Positions 29,629-38,710 are shown, numbered from the stretch's first letter. The stretch is DNA of 64,000 nucleotides from an uncultured Eubacteriales bacterium (GCA_934525675.1 CAKSZH010000008.1:21914-85913); one strand, 5' to 3'. Notes: generated by a model from the letters alone, not told the origin. Numbers and translations: made by a program.

Positions 29629-29681
29629 TTGACAAAATGGAATAAAGTGTTATAAGACAAAATGGAATAAAGTGTTATAAT
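29629..29681 (+). promoter_or_regulatory. tandemly duplicated candidate promoter upstream of the LRR gene
   Basis: Perfect 25-bp direct repeat GACAAAATGGAATAAAGTGTTATAA at 29631-29655 and 29656-29680. Copy 1 gives TTGACA-16-TATAAG and copy 2 gives AAGACA-16-TATAAT. Confidence 0.5.
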
Positions 29682-29723
29682 GAATGTAAATCTAATCCGG
29701 AAACCGGAGGGACGAAAGACGAA

Positions 29724-32393
29724 ATGAAAAAATATGTTTTGTTGTTTGCGATTTTTCTTGCCTTGGTTCTTTGCCTCGGAACGCTTGCGGCGTGCAAAGG
29801 GGATCAACCAAAGGAGACCGAAACCGCCGGAGCGGGGACGACGGGCAGCGAATCTGATACCGTACCCGGAGAAGAGAACACCGGTTCTTCTCACAAGCAC
29901 GCTTTCGGCGACTGGAAAGTGACCGGAGAAGCAACCTGCACCGAGGACGGAGAAGAGGAGCGTTCCTGCGCCTGCGGGGAAAAGGAAACGAGAAAAATCA
30001 ACGCAAAGGGACATGCCTACGAGGACACGGTGACTCCCCCGACCAAAACCGGGAAGGGCTACACCACGCATACCTGTTCCGCCTGCGGCGATTCCTATCA
30101 GGACAGCTTTACCGACCCGACCGGCTCGATCGGATTGACGTTTTCGTTCGGAACCGACGGAAGGACTGCCACGGTAACGGGAATCGGCACCTGTCAGGAC
30201 AGCGATGTCGTCATTCCGTCAACATATCAGGGTAAAGCGGTGACGGGGATCGGTTTGTGGGCATTTGTCCGCTGTAAAAACATCACAAGCATCACAATCC
30301 CGGACAGCGTGACGTACATTGACAATGAGGCGTTCCGCGAATGTACCGGCTTTACAAGCATCACGATTCCGGACGGTGTGACGAGCATTGGTAAATGGGC
30401 GTTCTATGGTTGCAGTAACCTTACAAGCATCACAATCTCGGACAGTGTGACGCACATTGACTTTGAGGCGTTCTCCGATTGCACGAGCCTTACAAACATC
30501 ACGATCGGAAATGGCGTGACGAGTATTGGCGACGGTGCGTTCAACAACACCGGGTATTACAACAATGAGAGCAATTGGGAAAACGGAGTGCTCTATATCG
30601 GGAAGTGTTTGATTGATGCAAAAGCATCTATATCCGGTTCCTATACCGTAAAAGCGGGAACAAAACTGATTGCTTCTTCTGTGTTCGAAAATTGCACGGG
30701 ACTTACGGACATTACAATCCCGGACAGTGTGACAAGTATTGGCGAATCTGCGTTCGAAAATTGCAATGGCCTTACAGATGTAACGATTCCGGACGGTGTG
30801 ACGTGCATTGGTGCTTTTGCGTTCGAAAGTTGCCAGGGACTTACGAACATTACAATCCCGGGCAGCGTGACGAATATGGGAAAATTCGCATTTTATCAGT
30901 GCCGAAACCTTGCCGGTGTTACAATTGAGAACGGTGTGACGAGCATTGGTGATAGTGCATTCTGCGAATGCACGAACCTTGTCAGTGTTACGATTCCGGA
31001 CAGCGTGACCAGCATCGGTAGTTTTGCCTTTGAGAATTGTACAAGCCTTACAAGTATCACAATTCCGGACAGCGTGACCAGCATCGGTGCTGAAGCATTC
31101 AAGCGTTGTATCGGTTTCATTGATGTTACAATTCCCGACGGCGTGACGGAAATCTGTGATTCTACGTTCGCGGAGTGTAGCAATCTTGCTAGTATTACCC
31201 TCCCGGACGGCTTGACAAGCATCGGTAATTCTGCGTTTTACAGGTGTGCAAGACTTGAAAGCATCACAATCCCAAACAGTGTGACGAGCATTGGCGTTGA
31301 GGCTTTCTCCGGTTGCGGAAAACTTAAAGGTATTATCATCCCGGACGGAGTGACAAGTATTGGGGTTCAGGCGTTCGGAGAATGCTATAGTCTTACAAGC
31401 GTTACGATTCCGGGTAGCGTAACGGCTATCGGCGATTCTGCATTCTGTATGTGCACGAATCTTGTAAGCGTCACCCTTCGGAATGGCGTGTTGTACATCG
31501 GTACAGAAGCATTCAAGGGTTGCAGGGGCATTACGGAAATCAAGGTCCCGGACAGTGTGGAGGTTATCGGCAATTCTGCATTCACGGATTGTACTGGCCT
31601 GATGAACGTCACAATCGGAAACGGCTTGACAAGTATCGGCAGCAATGTATTTCTCAACACCGGGTATTACAATAATGCAGATAATTGGGAAAACGGTGTT
31701 CTCTATCACGGTAAATATCTGCTCGCCGCAAAGGTATCCGGTTCCTGTATCGTGAAAGCGGGAACGGAATTGATTGCCGGTTCTGCGTTCTCCCATTGTA
31801 TCAATCTTACTGATATTACGATCCCGGACAGTTTGATATATATTGACGAATATGCATTCAACGAATGCAGAAGCCTTACGGATGTTACCATTCCCGACAG
31901 CGTGACGAGTATTGGCTGGTTTGCATTCAGTGATTGTATCGGGCTTACTGGTGTTACGATCGGAAAGGGCGTGACAAGCATCGGCGTGAGGGCGTTTGAA
32001 GGGTGCAATCATCTGACAGACGTGTATATTACGGACATGGCAAAATGGTGCGCGATCCGTTTTGAAGGTTACATTTCCAATCCGTTCTTTTATGCACAGA
32101 ATCTGTATCTGAATGGACAATTGGTGACTGATGTCGTTATCCCTGACGGTGTGACGAGTATCGGTGCGAGCGTGTTTCAGAATTACATGAACCTGATCAG
32201 TATCACGATTCCGGACAGCGTGACGTGCATTGGTGAGGATGCATTTTTCGATTGCCGGAATCTGAAAGACATCATTTTTAACGGTACCAAAGCACAGTGG
32301 GAGGCAATTTCAAAGGGGGTCGAATGGACTTTCGACGAGTTTTATCTTGGCTCCTGTACCATCCACTGCACCGACGGGGACATTGTGAAGTAA
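29724..32393 (+). CDS. BspA-type leucine-rich-repeat (LRR_5-like) surface lipoprotein
   Basis: Lipobox LGTLAAC and two Cys-rich modules, then about 27 repeats of ~23 aa with consensus ITIPDSVTSIG..AF..C..LT.. . The gene looks clearly more A/T-rich than its neighbours. Confidence 0.88.
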   Translation: MKKYVLLFAIFLALVLCLGTLAACKGDQPKETETAGAGTTGSESDTVPGEENTGSSHKHAFGDWKVTGEATCTEDGEEERSCACGEKETRKINAKGHAYEDTVTPPTKTGKGYTTHTCSACGDSYQDSFTDPTGSIGLTFSFGTDGRTATVTGIGTCQDSDVVIPSTYQGKAVTGIGLWAFVRCKNITSITIPDSVTYIDNEAFRECTGFTSITIPDGVTSIGKWAFYGCSNLTSITISDSVTHIDFEAFSDCTSLTNITIGNGVTSIGDGAFNNTGYYNNESNWENGVLYIGKCLIDAKASISGSYTVKAGTKLIASSVFENCTGLTDITIPDSVTSIGESAFENCNGLTDVTIPDGVTCIGAFAFESCQGLTNITIPGSVTNMGKFAFYQCRNLAGVTIENGVTSIGDSAFCECTNLVSVTIPDSVTSIGSFAFENCTSLTSITIPDSVTSIGAEAFKRCIGFIDVTIPDGVTEICDSTFAECSNLASITLPDGLTSIGNSAFYRCARLESITIPNSVTSIGVEAFSGCGKLKGIIIPDGVTSIGVQAFGECYSLTSVTIPGSVTAIGDSAFCMCTNLVSVTLRNGVLYIGTEAFKGCRGITEIKVPDSVEVIGNSAFTDCTGLMNVTIGNGLTSIGSNVFLNTGYYNNADNWENGVLYHGKYLLAAKVSGSCIVKAGTELIAGSAFSHCINLTDITIPDSLIYIDEYAFNECRSLTDVTIPDSVTSIGWFAFSDCIGLTGVTIGKGVTSIGVRAFEGCNHLTDVYITDMAKWCAIRFEGYISNPFFYAQNLYLNGQLVTDVVIPDGVTSIGASVFQNYMNLISITIPDSVTCIGEDAFFDCRNLKDIIFNGTKAQWEAISKGVEWTFDEFYLGSCTIHCTDGDIVK

Positions 32394-32420
32394 TCTCCGC
32401 CGCCTCGATTTCAAATCCCC

Positions 32421-32449
32421 AAGCCGCCCTTCGGGGCGGCTTTCTTTTG
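32421..32449 (+). terminator. Rho-independent terminator after the LRR gene
   Basis: Stem AAGCCGCCC/GGGCGGCTT, loop TTCG, then TCTTTTG. Confidence 0.8.
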
Positions 32450-32767
32450 CCGACACCCCCGGTTTGATTCTGTACCCTGTGCTCCCGGAATATTTCAGCG
32501 GGGCGGCATTCATCCGTTTTTCCCTGCGCGGTGTATTTTTCTGCTTCCCCGTCCGCTCTCCGATGGGTGCCCGCCGCCACGCCCCAGGACCGTACCCTCC
32601 GGGCGGGCGGATCCCCATCGGTTCCGCTTGCCCGTAGTCGACTGTCGCCTGTGTCCGTTTCCTGCCCTCCGGACTCTGCGCCTGCCGTTTTTGCCTCCCG
32701 CTTTGTTGCTTTCCCTCGCGATTTTTCCCGAAAGCCGCGTAACCTCCCCGTTTTCCGTCTCCCCCTC

Positions 32768-32796
32768 TTGCAAGACGGCGGATTCTGTGTTACAAT
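32768..32796 (+). promoter_or_regulatory. candidate sigma-A promoter for the PHP-domain gene
   Basis: TTGCAA, 17-nt spacer, TACAAT, with TG at -15/-14. Confidence 0.45.
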
Positions 32797-32851
32797 AAAA
32801 GTTGTTTGAAATGTCCCCACGGTCGAGCGGGGGCAGCCGGAAGGAATCAGC

Positions 32852-33754
32852 ATGATAACGGATCGGAACGGAAAACATTGGTACAAGGTCAACCTGCACA
32901 CCCACACGACGCGCTCGGACGGGCACGTCAGCCCCGAGGAGGCGGCTCGCATTTACCGCGACGCGGGATACGACGCGCTGGCAATCACCGACCACTGGGC
33001 GTGGACGGAGGACGTCCCTGATTTCGGGGGAATTTATCTCATGGGCGGCGCGGAATACGACACGGGGACAAGAGACGGCAGAGCCGGCGTGTTTCACATC
33101 CTTGGGCTTGGCATGAGCGCCCCCGCGGACTGTGAGCGCGGCGCGGATGCACAAACGATCATCCGAAGCATCAGGGAGAAGGGCGGCTACCCCATCCTCG
33201 CGCATCCCGCTTGGTCGCTCAACCGCCCGTCGCAGGTCAAAATGGCGGTGGATGCCGGCGTGATCGCCACCGAGGTCTGGAATTCGGTTTCCGCCATCGG
33301 AATGTCCAACCGCCCCGATTCTTCGCTTTTGATTGATCTGTACGCCTGCGAGGGAATCTTTCTCCCGCTGCTTGCGTCGGACGATACCCATTACTACACG
33401 GGAGACTGTCTGGTCGGCGCGACGTATGTGCAGGCGGACGAGTTGAATTCCCGTGCAATCTGTGAGGCGATCCGCGCCGGCAGAACGCTTGCGACCGAGG
33501 GACCCATCGCAACGCTCACAAGGGAAGGCGACGAGATCATTCTCGACACTACGCCCGTCGACGAGGCGGTGTTCTGCTCCAACATCGTCTGGTGGCAGGG
33601 GAGAAAGCAAACGGCGGACGGCGGCACGCGCTTTGTGTACCAGCCCGCCTACGATGAGGGAGAATTTTACGTCCGCGCCGAGGTGACCGACCGCATGGGC
33701 AGGCGCGCGTGGACGAACTGCCTGAAGCTTGATCGAAATAACGCCGGGCTGTGA
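32852..33754 (+). CDS. PHP-domain metal-dependent phosphoesterase (CehA/McbA-like)
   Basis: 300 aa. [37 protein letters not shown] and later ILAHPAW are PHP-domain His/Asp motifs. Confidence 0.8.
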   Translation: MITDRNGKHWYKVNLHTHTTRSDGHVSPEEAARIYRDAGYDALAITDHWAWTEDVPDFGGIYLMGGAEYDTGTRDGRAGVFHILGLGMSAPADCERGADAQTIIRSIREKGGYPILAHPAWSLNRPSQVKMAVDAGVIATEVWNSVSAIGMSNRPDSSLLIDLYACEGIFLPLLASDDTHYYTGDCLVGATYVQADELNSRAICEAIRAGRTLATEGPIATLTREGDEIILDTTPVDEAVFCSNIVWWQGRKQTADGGTRFVYQPAYDEGEFYVRAEVTDRMGRRAWTNCLKLDRNNAGL

Positions 33755-33819
33755 GCGGCAGATTGCCGGCAGATTGCCGCCCGATAGCCGACAGATCCGA
33801 AAAGGAGACAGAAAAGAGT

Positions 33820-35190
33820 ATGGAATACCGCATCGAACACGATTCCATGGGGGAAGTGAAGGTTCCCGCAGATAAATACTGGGGCGCGCAGACTGAGCGC
33901 AGCTTTGAGAATTTCCGCATCGGCGACGTGCTTATGCCGCGTGAGATCATCCGCGCGTTTGCAATCCTCAAAAAGGCGGCGGCGCTTGCCAACCGCGAGC
34001 TTCGCCCGGAGAAAATGACCGAGGAAAAGCTGGACGCGATCGCCTCTGCGTGCGACGCGATCCTGCGCGGCGACCTTGACGACCAGTTCCCGCTTGTCGT
34101 TTTCCAGACGGGAAGCGGCACCCAGTCCAACATGAATGTCAACGAGGTCATCGCAAATTACGGAAACGAGCTGGCAGGCGGCAGACTGCTTCACCCGAAC
34201 GACGACGTGAATATGTCCCAGTCCTCCAACGATACCTTCCCCACTGCCATGCACATCGCGGCGGTGCTCGGCGTGACGGGCGACCTGCTCCCCGAGCTTG
34301 ACCGCATGATTGCCGAAATGAAGCGGCTGGAGGAAGAGAACCGCGGGATCGTCAAGAGCGGGCGGACGCATTTGCAGGACGCAGTGCCGATTTCTTTTTC
34401 GCAAGAGATTTCGGGGTGGCGGACAAGCCTCGAACGCGATAAAACCCTGATTCTGGACGCGACGGTCGATCTGTGCGAGCTGGCGCTCGGCGGAACGGCG
34501 GTCGGGACGGGGCTTAACGCCCCCGCAGGCTTTGATGTGCTTGTGGCGAAGAAGATTTCCGACCTGACGGGCAAGCCGTTTTCCACGGCGGAAAACAAAT
34601 TCCACGCGCTGACCTCGCGCGGCGAGCTGGTCTTTTCGCACGGCGCCATGAAGGCGCTCGCGGCGGATCTGTTCAAGATCGCAAATGACGTGCGGTGGCT
34701 TGCGAGCGGTCCCCGTTGCGGACTTGGGGAGATCCGTATTCCCGAAAACGAACCCGGTTCGTCCATCATGCCGGGCAAGGTCAACCCGACCCAGTGCGAG
34801 GCGATCACCATGCTGTCGGTGCAGGTCATGGCAAACGATACGGCGGTGGGACTTGCCGCGTCGCAGGGCAACTTTGAACTCAATGTCTTTCTGCCCGTGA
34901 TCGCATACAATTATCTGCAGTCGGTGCGGCTTCTGTCCGACGGGCTGCGCTCCTTCAGGGAACACTGCGTGTCCGGAATCGTTGCCAACCGCGAAAAAAT
35001 GGCGGAAAATCTCCACCGTTCCCTGATGCTCGTCACCGCGCTGAACCCGTACATCGGCTATGAGAACGCCGCAAAGGTCGCAAAGACCGCGCACAAGGAG
35101 GGAATCACCCTGAAGGAAGCCTGCGTGAAGCTCGGTTTCCTTTCCTCCGAGCGGTTTGACGAGGTATTCCGCCCCGAGGAAATGGTCTGA
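33820..35190 (+). CDS. fumC: class II fumarate hydratase
   Basis: [28 protein letters not shown] and the [15 protein letters not shown] signature. RBS AAAGGAGA region upstream of ATG 33820. Confidence 0.93.
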   Translation: MEYRIEHDSMGEVKVPADKYWGAQTERSFENFRIGDVLMPREIIRAFAILKKAAALANRELRPEKMTEEKLDAIASACDAILRGDLDDQFPLVVFQTGSGTQSNMNVNEVIANYGNELAGGRLLHPNDDVNMSQSSNDTFPTAMHIAAVLGVTGDLLPELDRMIAEMKRLEEENRGIVKSGRTHLQDAVPISFSQEISGWRTSLERDKTLILDATVDLCELALGGTAVGTGLNAPAGFDVLVAKKISDLTGKPFSTAENKFHALTSRGELVFSHGAMKALAADLFKIANDVRWLASGPRCGLGEIRIPENEPGSSIMPGKVNPTQCEAITMLSVQVMANDTAVGLAASQGNFELNVFLPVIAYNYLQSVRLLSDGLRSFREHCVSGIVANREKMAENLHRSLMLVTALNPYIGYENAAKVAKTAHKEGITLKEACVKLGFLSSERFDEVFRPEEMV

Positions 35191-35277
35191 CCGCCGTGCC
35201 TCAGAAATCCGATTCGTCAGACAGTTTATTTGAATCCGCCCGCGTTTCCCGAAATCCATCAACCGAGGAATGAAATC

Positions 35278-36450
35278 ATGAATATCCGAGAAGAATCCTT
35301 AAAGAAGCATTATGAATGGAAGGGCAAGATCGAGGTCGTGACCCGTTGCCCCATCAACACCCGCGAGGACCTGTCACTCGCGTATACGCCCGGCGTTGCC
35401 GAGCCCTGCCTGGAAATTCAGAAGCACCCCGAAAAGTCCTATGAACTGACAAGACGCTCCAATCTGGTTGCCGTCGTGACCGACGGAACCGCAGTTCTGG
35501 GGCTCGGAGACATCGGTCCAGAGGCGGGGATGCCCGTCATGGAGGGCAAGTGCGCGCTGTTCAAGCGCTTTGCCGACGTGGACGCATTCCCCATCTGTAT
35601 CCGCTCCAAGGATCCGGATGAGATTGTCCGCACCGTGTCGCTCATTGCCGGTTCCTTCGGCGGTATTAACCTCGAAGACATTTCCGCACCGCGTTGCTTT
35701 GAAATCGAAAGAAAGCTGACCGAGGTCTGCGACATTCCCGTGTTTCACGACGACCAGCACGGTACGGCAATCGTGGTCGCCGCCGCGCTCATCAATGCCC
35801 TCAAGGTGGTCGGAAAGAAAATGGATTCCGTCCGCGTGGTCATCAGCGGCGCAGGCGCGGCAGGCATCTCCATAGCGCGGCACCTTCTGCACATGGGCTT
35901 CCCGGACATCACCATGTGCGACCGCTTTGGCATCGTGACCGCAGGCGATGAGCGCAACAATGTGGCGCAGGAGGAGATCGCCGCCCTCACCAATCCGTCC
36001 CATCTGACGGGAACGCTCGCCGACGCGCTTCGCGGCGCGGATATTTTTGTCGGCGTGTCCGCCCCCGGCATTGTGACGGAGGAGATGGTGCGCTCCATGG
36101 CAAAGGATGCAATCGTGTTCCCCATGGCAAACCCCACGCCCGAGATCATGCCTGATCTTGCAAAGAAAGCGGGCGCGCGCATTGTCGGCACGGGGCGCTC
36201 GGATTTTCCAAACCAGATCAACAACGTGCTGGCGTTCCCCGGAATTTTCCGCGGCGCTTTGGACTGCCGCGCGTCGCGTATCAATGAAGAGATGAAGGTT
36301 GCGACCTCGTTCGCGCTTGCGACCCTGATTCCCGACGGGGAACTGAGCGAAGAAAATATCATTCCCGCGGCGCTCGACCGCCGCGTTGCCGAGGTGGTGT
36401 CCGCCGCGGTCGTGAAGGCGGCGCACGAAACGGGCGTCGCGCGGATCTGA
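35278..36450 (+). CDS. NAD(P)-dependent malic enzyme (short, ~390-aa type)
   Basis: LSLAYTPGVAEPC, VVTDGTAVLGLGDIG, FGGINLEDI, ISGAGAAGI and ANPTPEI form the malic enzyme motif series. Confidence 0.9.
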   Translation: MNIREESLKKHYEWKGKIEVVTRCPINTREDLSLAYTPGVAEPCLEIQKHPEKSYELTRRSNLVAVVTDGTAVLGLGDIGPEAGMPVMEGKCALFKRFADVDAFPICIRSKDPDEIVRTVSLIAGSFGGINLEDISAPRCFEIERKLTEVCDIPVFHDDQHGTAIVVAAALINALKVVGKKMDSVRVVISGAGAAGISIARHLLHMGFPDITMCDRFGIVTAGDERNNVAQEEIAALTNPSHLTGTLADALRGADIFVGVSAPGIVTEEMVRSMAKDAIVFPMANPTPEIMPDLAKKAGARIVGTGRSDFPNQINNVLAFPGIFRGALDCRASRINEEMKVATSFALATLIPDGELSEENIIPAALDRRVAEVVSAAVVKAAHETGVARI

Positions 36451-36795
36451 CACCGACCGCCCTGCAAAACACGGTGTACCGCGCAAGCGGCGGAAGGTGA
36501 CCCGCGGCACGACCCGCGGCGCGAGCGGCGGAAGGTGACCTGCGGCACGACCTGTGTTATCTGCGAAGCAAGCACGATACGAGTGGGCGAAAAGTGCCTC
36601 CACGGCACAACCTGCGGCACGGAAAAAGAAACCGTCTGTCGATGCAGCTGCCGGTTCGGGCGGCGCCACCGTCTGCCGGGCGTGTACTTTACGGTGCGGT
36701 CGGTTTGGAAGCCGATTGAGAACGGTGTATATTGCCGGGAAATGAGTCGTGTCCCGGTACATCTTTCCACATGTCAACGGAAGGAGGAGTTTTTT

Positions 36796-37761
36796 ATGAA
36801 CAGTCCCGAACATTCCGGATATTCCGCGAATTTTGCGGATTCCGGTAATTTTGCAAGACCCGCAAATCCCGGAAGCCCTGTAAATGCGGGGAATCCCGGA
36901 TATTCTGCAAATTCCGGCAATCCCGGAAGTCCCGCAGATCCTGAAAATTCCGTCCGGGGAACAGCTTTTTCGCCGGAGACGCTCATGTTTGCCGCAGACA
37001 TCGGAAATTCCAGCGTCCGGTTCGGCGTGGCGGACAGCACGGGAAATCTGTTGTTCCGTTCGCGCGTCTGTACCTCCGAGGCGCGGAGCGCGGACGAATA
37101 CGCGGTGCTTTTTGACAGCCTTCTCCGGATGCACGGTATCGGAAAGCAGGCGGTGACGGGCGCGATCCTTTCTTCGGTCGTGCCGGGAATGACCCACCGC
37201 GTCGCAGATGCCGCCAGACTGGTGTTTGGTGTCAGCGCTATGATCGTCGGAAAGGGGCTGCACACCGGATTCCCCATCCGCACGGATTCTCCCGCCGAGG
37301 TTGGCGCGGATCTGATCGCCAACGCGGCGGCGGTGCTTGAAAAGTTCGGCGCGCCCGCCATCGTTCTCGACTTCGGAACGGCGACCACGCTGTCGGTCAT
37401 CGACGCGTCGCGCGCGTTTGTGGGCGGCTGTATCCTTCCCGGTGTCGCCGTGTCGCTTTCCGCCATGCGGGACAGCGCTGCACAGCTTCCAGGGGTTGCT
37501 CTGGAAAACACGCCGCCGGTGCTCGGCAAAAACACTGCCGACAGTATGCGCTCCGGGTTGATCTTCGGTTCCGCCGCGGCGGCGGACGGTATGATCGACC
37601 GCCTTGCCCGGGAAACGGGGATTTCCCCCGACCGGGGGTATCTCATTGCGACGGGCGGACTTGCTCCTCTGATTGTCCCGCATCTGTCACACGCGGCAAC
37701 GCTTTGTCCCGATCTGACGCTGGAGGGATTGTGCGTACTGTATCGCCGGAACCTCCGCTGA
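36796..37761 (+). CDS. coaX: type III pantothenate kinase (with a possible 63-aa repeat-containing N-terminal extension)
   Basis: The CoaX core begins MFAADIGNSSVRFGV (ATG 36985, GGAG 6 nt upstream) and includes LDFGTATT, ATGG. ATG 36796 has a strong AAGGAGG RBS and stays in frame, so I report the long form. The start is ambiguous. Confidence 0.85.
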   Translation: MNSPEHSGYSANFADSGNFARPANPGSPVNAGNPGYSANSGNPGSPADPENSVRGTAFSPETLMFAADIGNSSVRFGVADSTGNLLFRSRVCTSEARSADEYAVLFDSLLRMHGIGKQAVTGAILSSVVPGMTHRVADAARLVFGVSAMIVGKGLHTGFPIRTDSPAEVGADLIANAAAVLEKFGAPAIVLDFGTATTLSVIDASRAFVGGCILPGVAVSLSAMRDSAAQLPGVALENTPPVLGKNTADSMRSGLIFGSAAAADGMIDRLARETGISPDRGYLIATGGLAPLIVPHLSHAATLCPDLTLEGLCVLYRRNLR

Positions 37762-37908
37762 CGCGATGCTGATTGCATGATGCCGTCATCCGGCACGCGG
37801 AGCTGATTTTTACCTGATCCGGGCATATGCCCGTTTCAAAATTTTATGCGCTGTACCGGAACTCCCGGACGGCAGCACCGGGTGAAAGTCCCGGAAGGAG
37901 TATTCTTT

Positions 37909-38511
37909 ATGCAAAGAACCCATGAAAAGACGCTCAGGATGGTACAATTGGCTATACTTGTTGCGCTCGTCATCGTTCTGCAATTGGTCGGCAGTAACAT
38001 TCATGTCGGTCCCGTCTCGTTTTCGCTCGTGCTCATTCCGATCGCGGTCGGGGGCGTCCTGCTCGGTCCTGCCGCCGGAGCAATCCTCGGCGCCGTATTC
38101 GGTCTGATTACTGTCATCGGCGGTGTCAGCGGTGCGGATGTGTTCACGAATTTTCTGTTTTCCAAGCAGCCTGTTCTGACGGTCGTGCTTTGCCTTGCCA
38201 AAGCGACGCTCGCGGGACTTTGTGCCGGACTTGTGTTCCGTGCGCTGGAAAAGCATAATCGCTGGGTCGCGGTAGTTCTTGCATCGGCGGTCGCGCCGGT
38301 CGTCAATACGGGAATTTTCGTACTCGGCTCGATCACCCTGTTCCACTCAACGCTTGAGGAATATATTCTGAATGTCGGTGCGGGCGTCAGTGTTGTCTAT
38401 TTCATTGTGATTCTGTGCGCCGGAATCAATTTCCTCGCGGAATTCGGCGTCAATCTTATCGCCTCCCCTGCAGTCTACCGCATCTGGACGGCGGTAACGA
38501 AGAAGAAATAA
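37909..38511 (+). CDS. ECF-transporter substrate-specific (S) component, possibly pantothenate (PanT-like) by context
   Basis: 200-aa 5-6 TM protein. RTHEKTLRMVQLAILVALVIVLQL... is a typical S-component opening. Lies adjacent to coaX. RBS GGAAGGAG upstream. No ECF A/T genes in the window. Confidence 0.7.
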   Translation: MQRTHEKTLRMVQLAILVALVIVLQLVGSNIHVGPVSFSLVLIPIAVGGVLLGPAAGAILGAVFGLITVIGGVSGADVFTNFLFSKQPVLTVVLCLAKATLAGLCAGLVFRALEKHNRWVAVVLASAVAPVVNTGIFVLGSITLFHSTLEEYILNVGAGVSVVYFIVILCAGINFLAEFGVNLIASPAVYRIWTAVTKKK

Positions 38512-38513
38512 GA

Positions 38514-38656
38514 GTCGGGGCTTCGCCCCGAACCACCGGGAGGGAGAAAGAGTCGTGGCTCCGCCCCGAACCCCGGGAGGGCGAAGAAAGTCGGGGCTTC
38601 GCCCCGAACCCCCGGAGGGAAAATGTCGTGGCTCTGCCCCGAACCCCGGAAAGGGG
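38514..38656. repeat. four tandem ~35-bp hairpin-containing repeats
   Basis: GTCG(G/T)GGCT(T/C)(C/T)GCCCCGAACC.CCGG(G)A(G/A)GG occurs at about 38514, 38552, 38590 and 38625. Copies 1 and 3 contain the CGGGGC-TTC-GCCCCG hairpin. Confidence 0.8.
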
Positions 38657-38710
38657 ACTTTTTGAAAAAAGTCCCCTTTCATCCCTCAAAAACTTCAGGT
38701 TAAGAAAATC

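Noticed and set aside
30270-32270. Strong ~69-bp DNA periodicity that could be mistaken for a non-coding tandem repeat or CRISPR-like array
   Set aside because: The periodicity is fully explained by in-frame 23-aa leucine-rich repeats of a single long ORF with a lipoprotein signal.
35374-37683. 769-aa minus-strand ORF covering the malic enzyme gene, an intergenic gap and coaX
   Set aside because: It crosses three independent plus-strand features, including non-coding repeats. There are no motifs, so it is an antisense artefact. The same reasoning applies to 9812-11638, 25554-27398, 27480-28868, 30219-32120, 33667-35262, 58127-59953 and 61110-62600 on the minus strand, and to 16667-18106 on the plus strand opposite murC.
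38514-38656. Considered whether the four ~35-bp repeats are a mini CRISPR array
   Set aside because: The units are contiguous or separated only by a few purine-rich bases, so there are no unique spacers of 25-40 bp. There are only four copies, and no cas genes or leader. I treat them as REP-like hairpin repeats.
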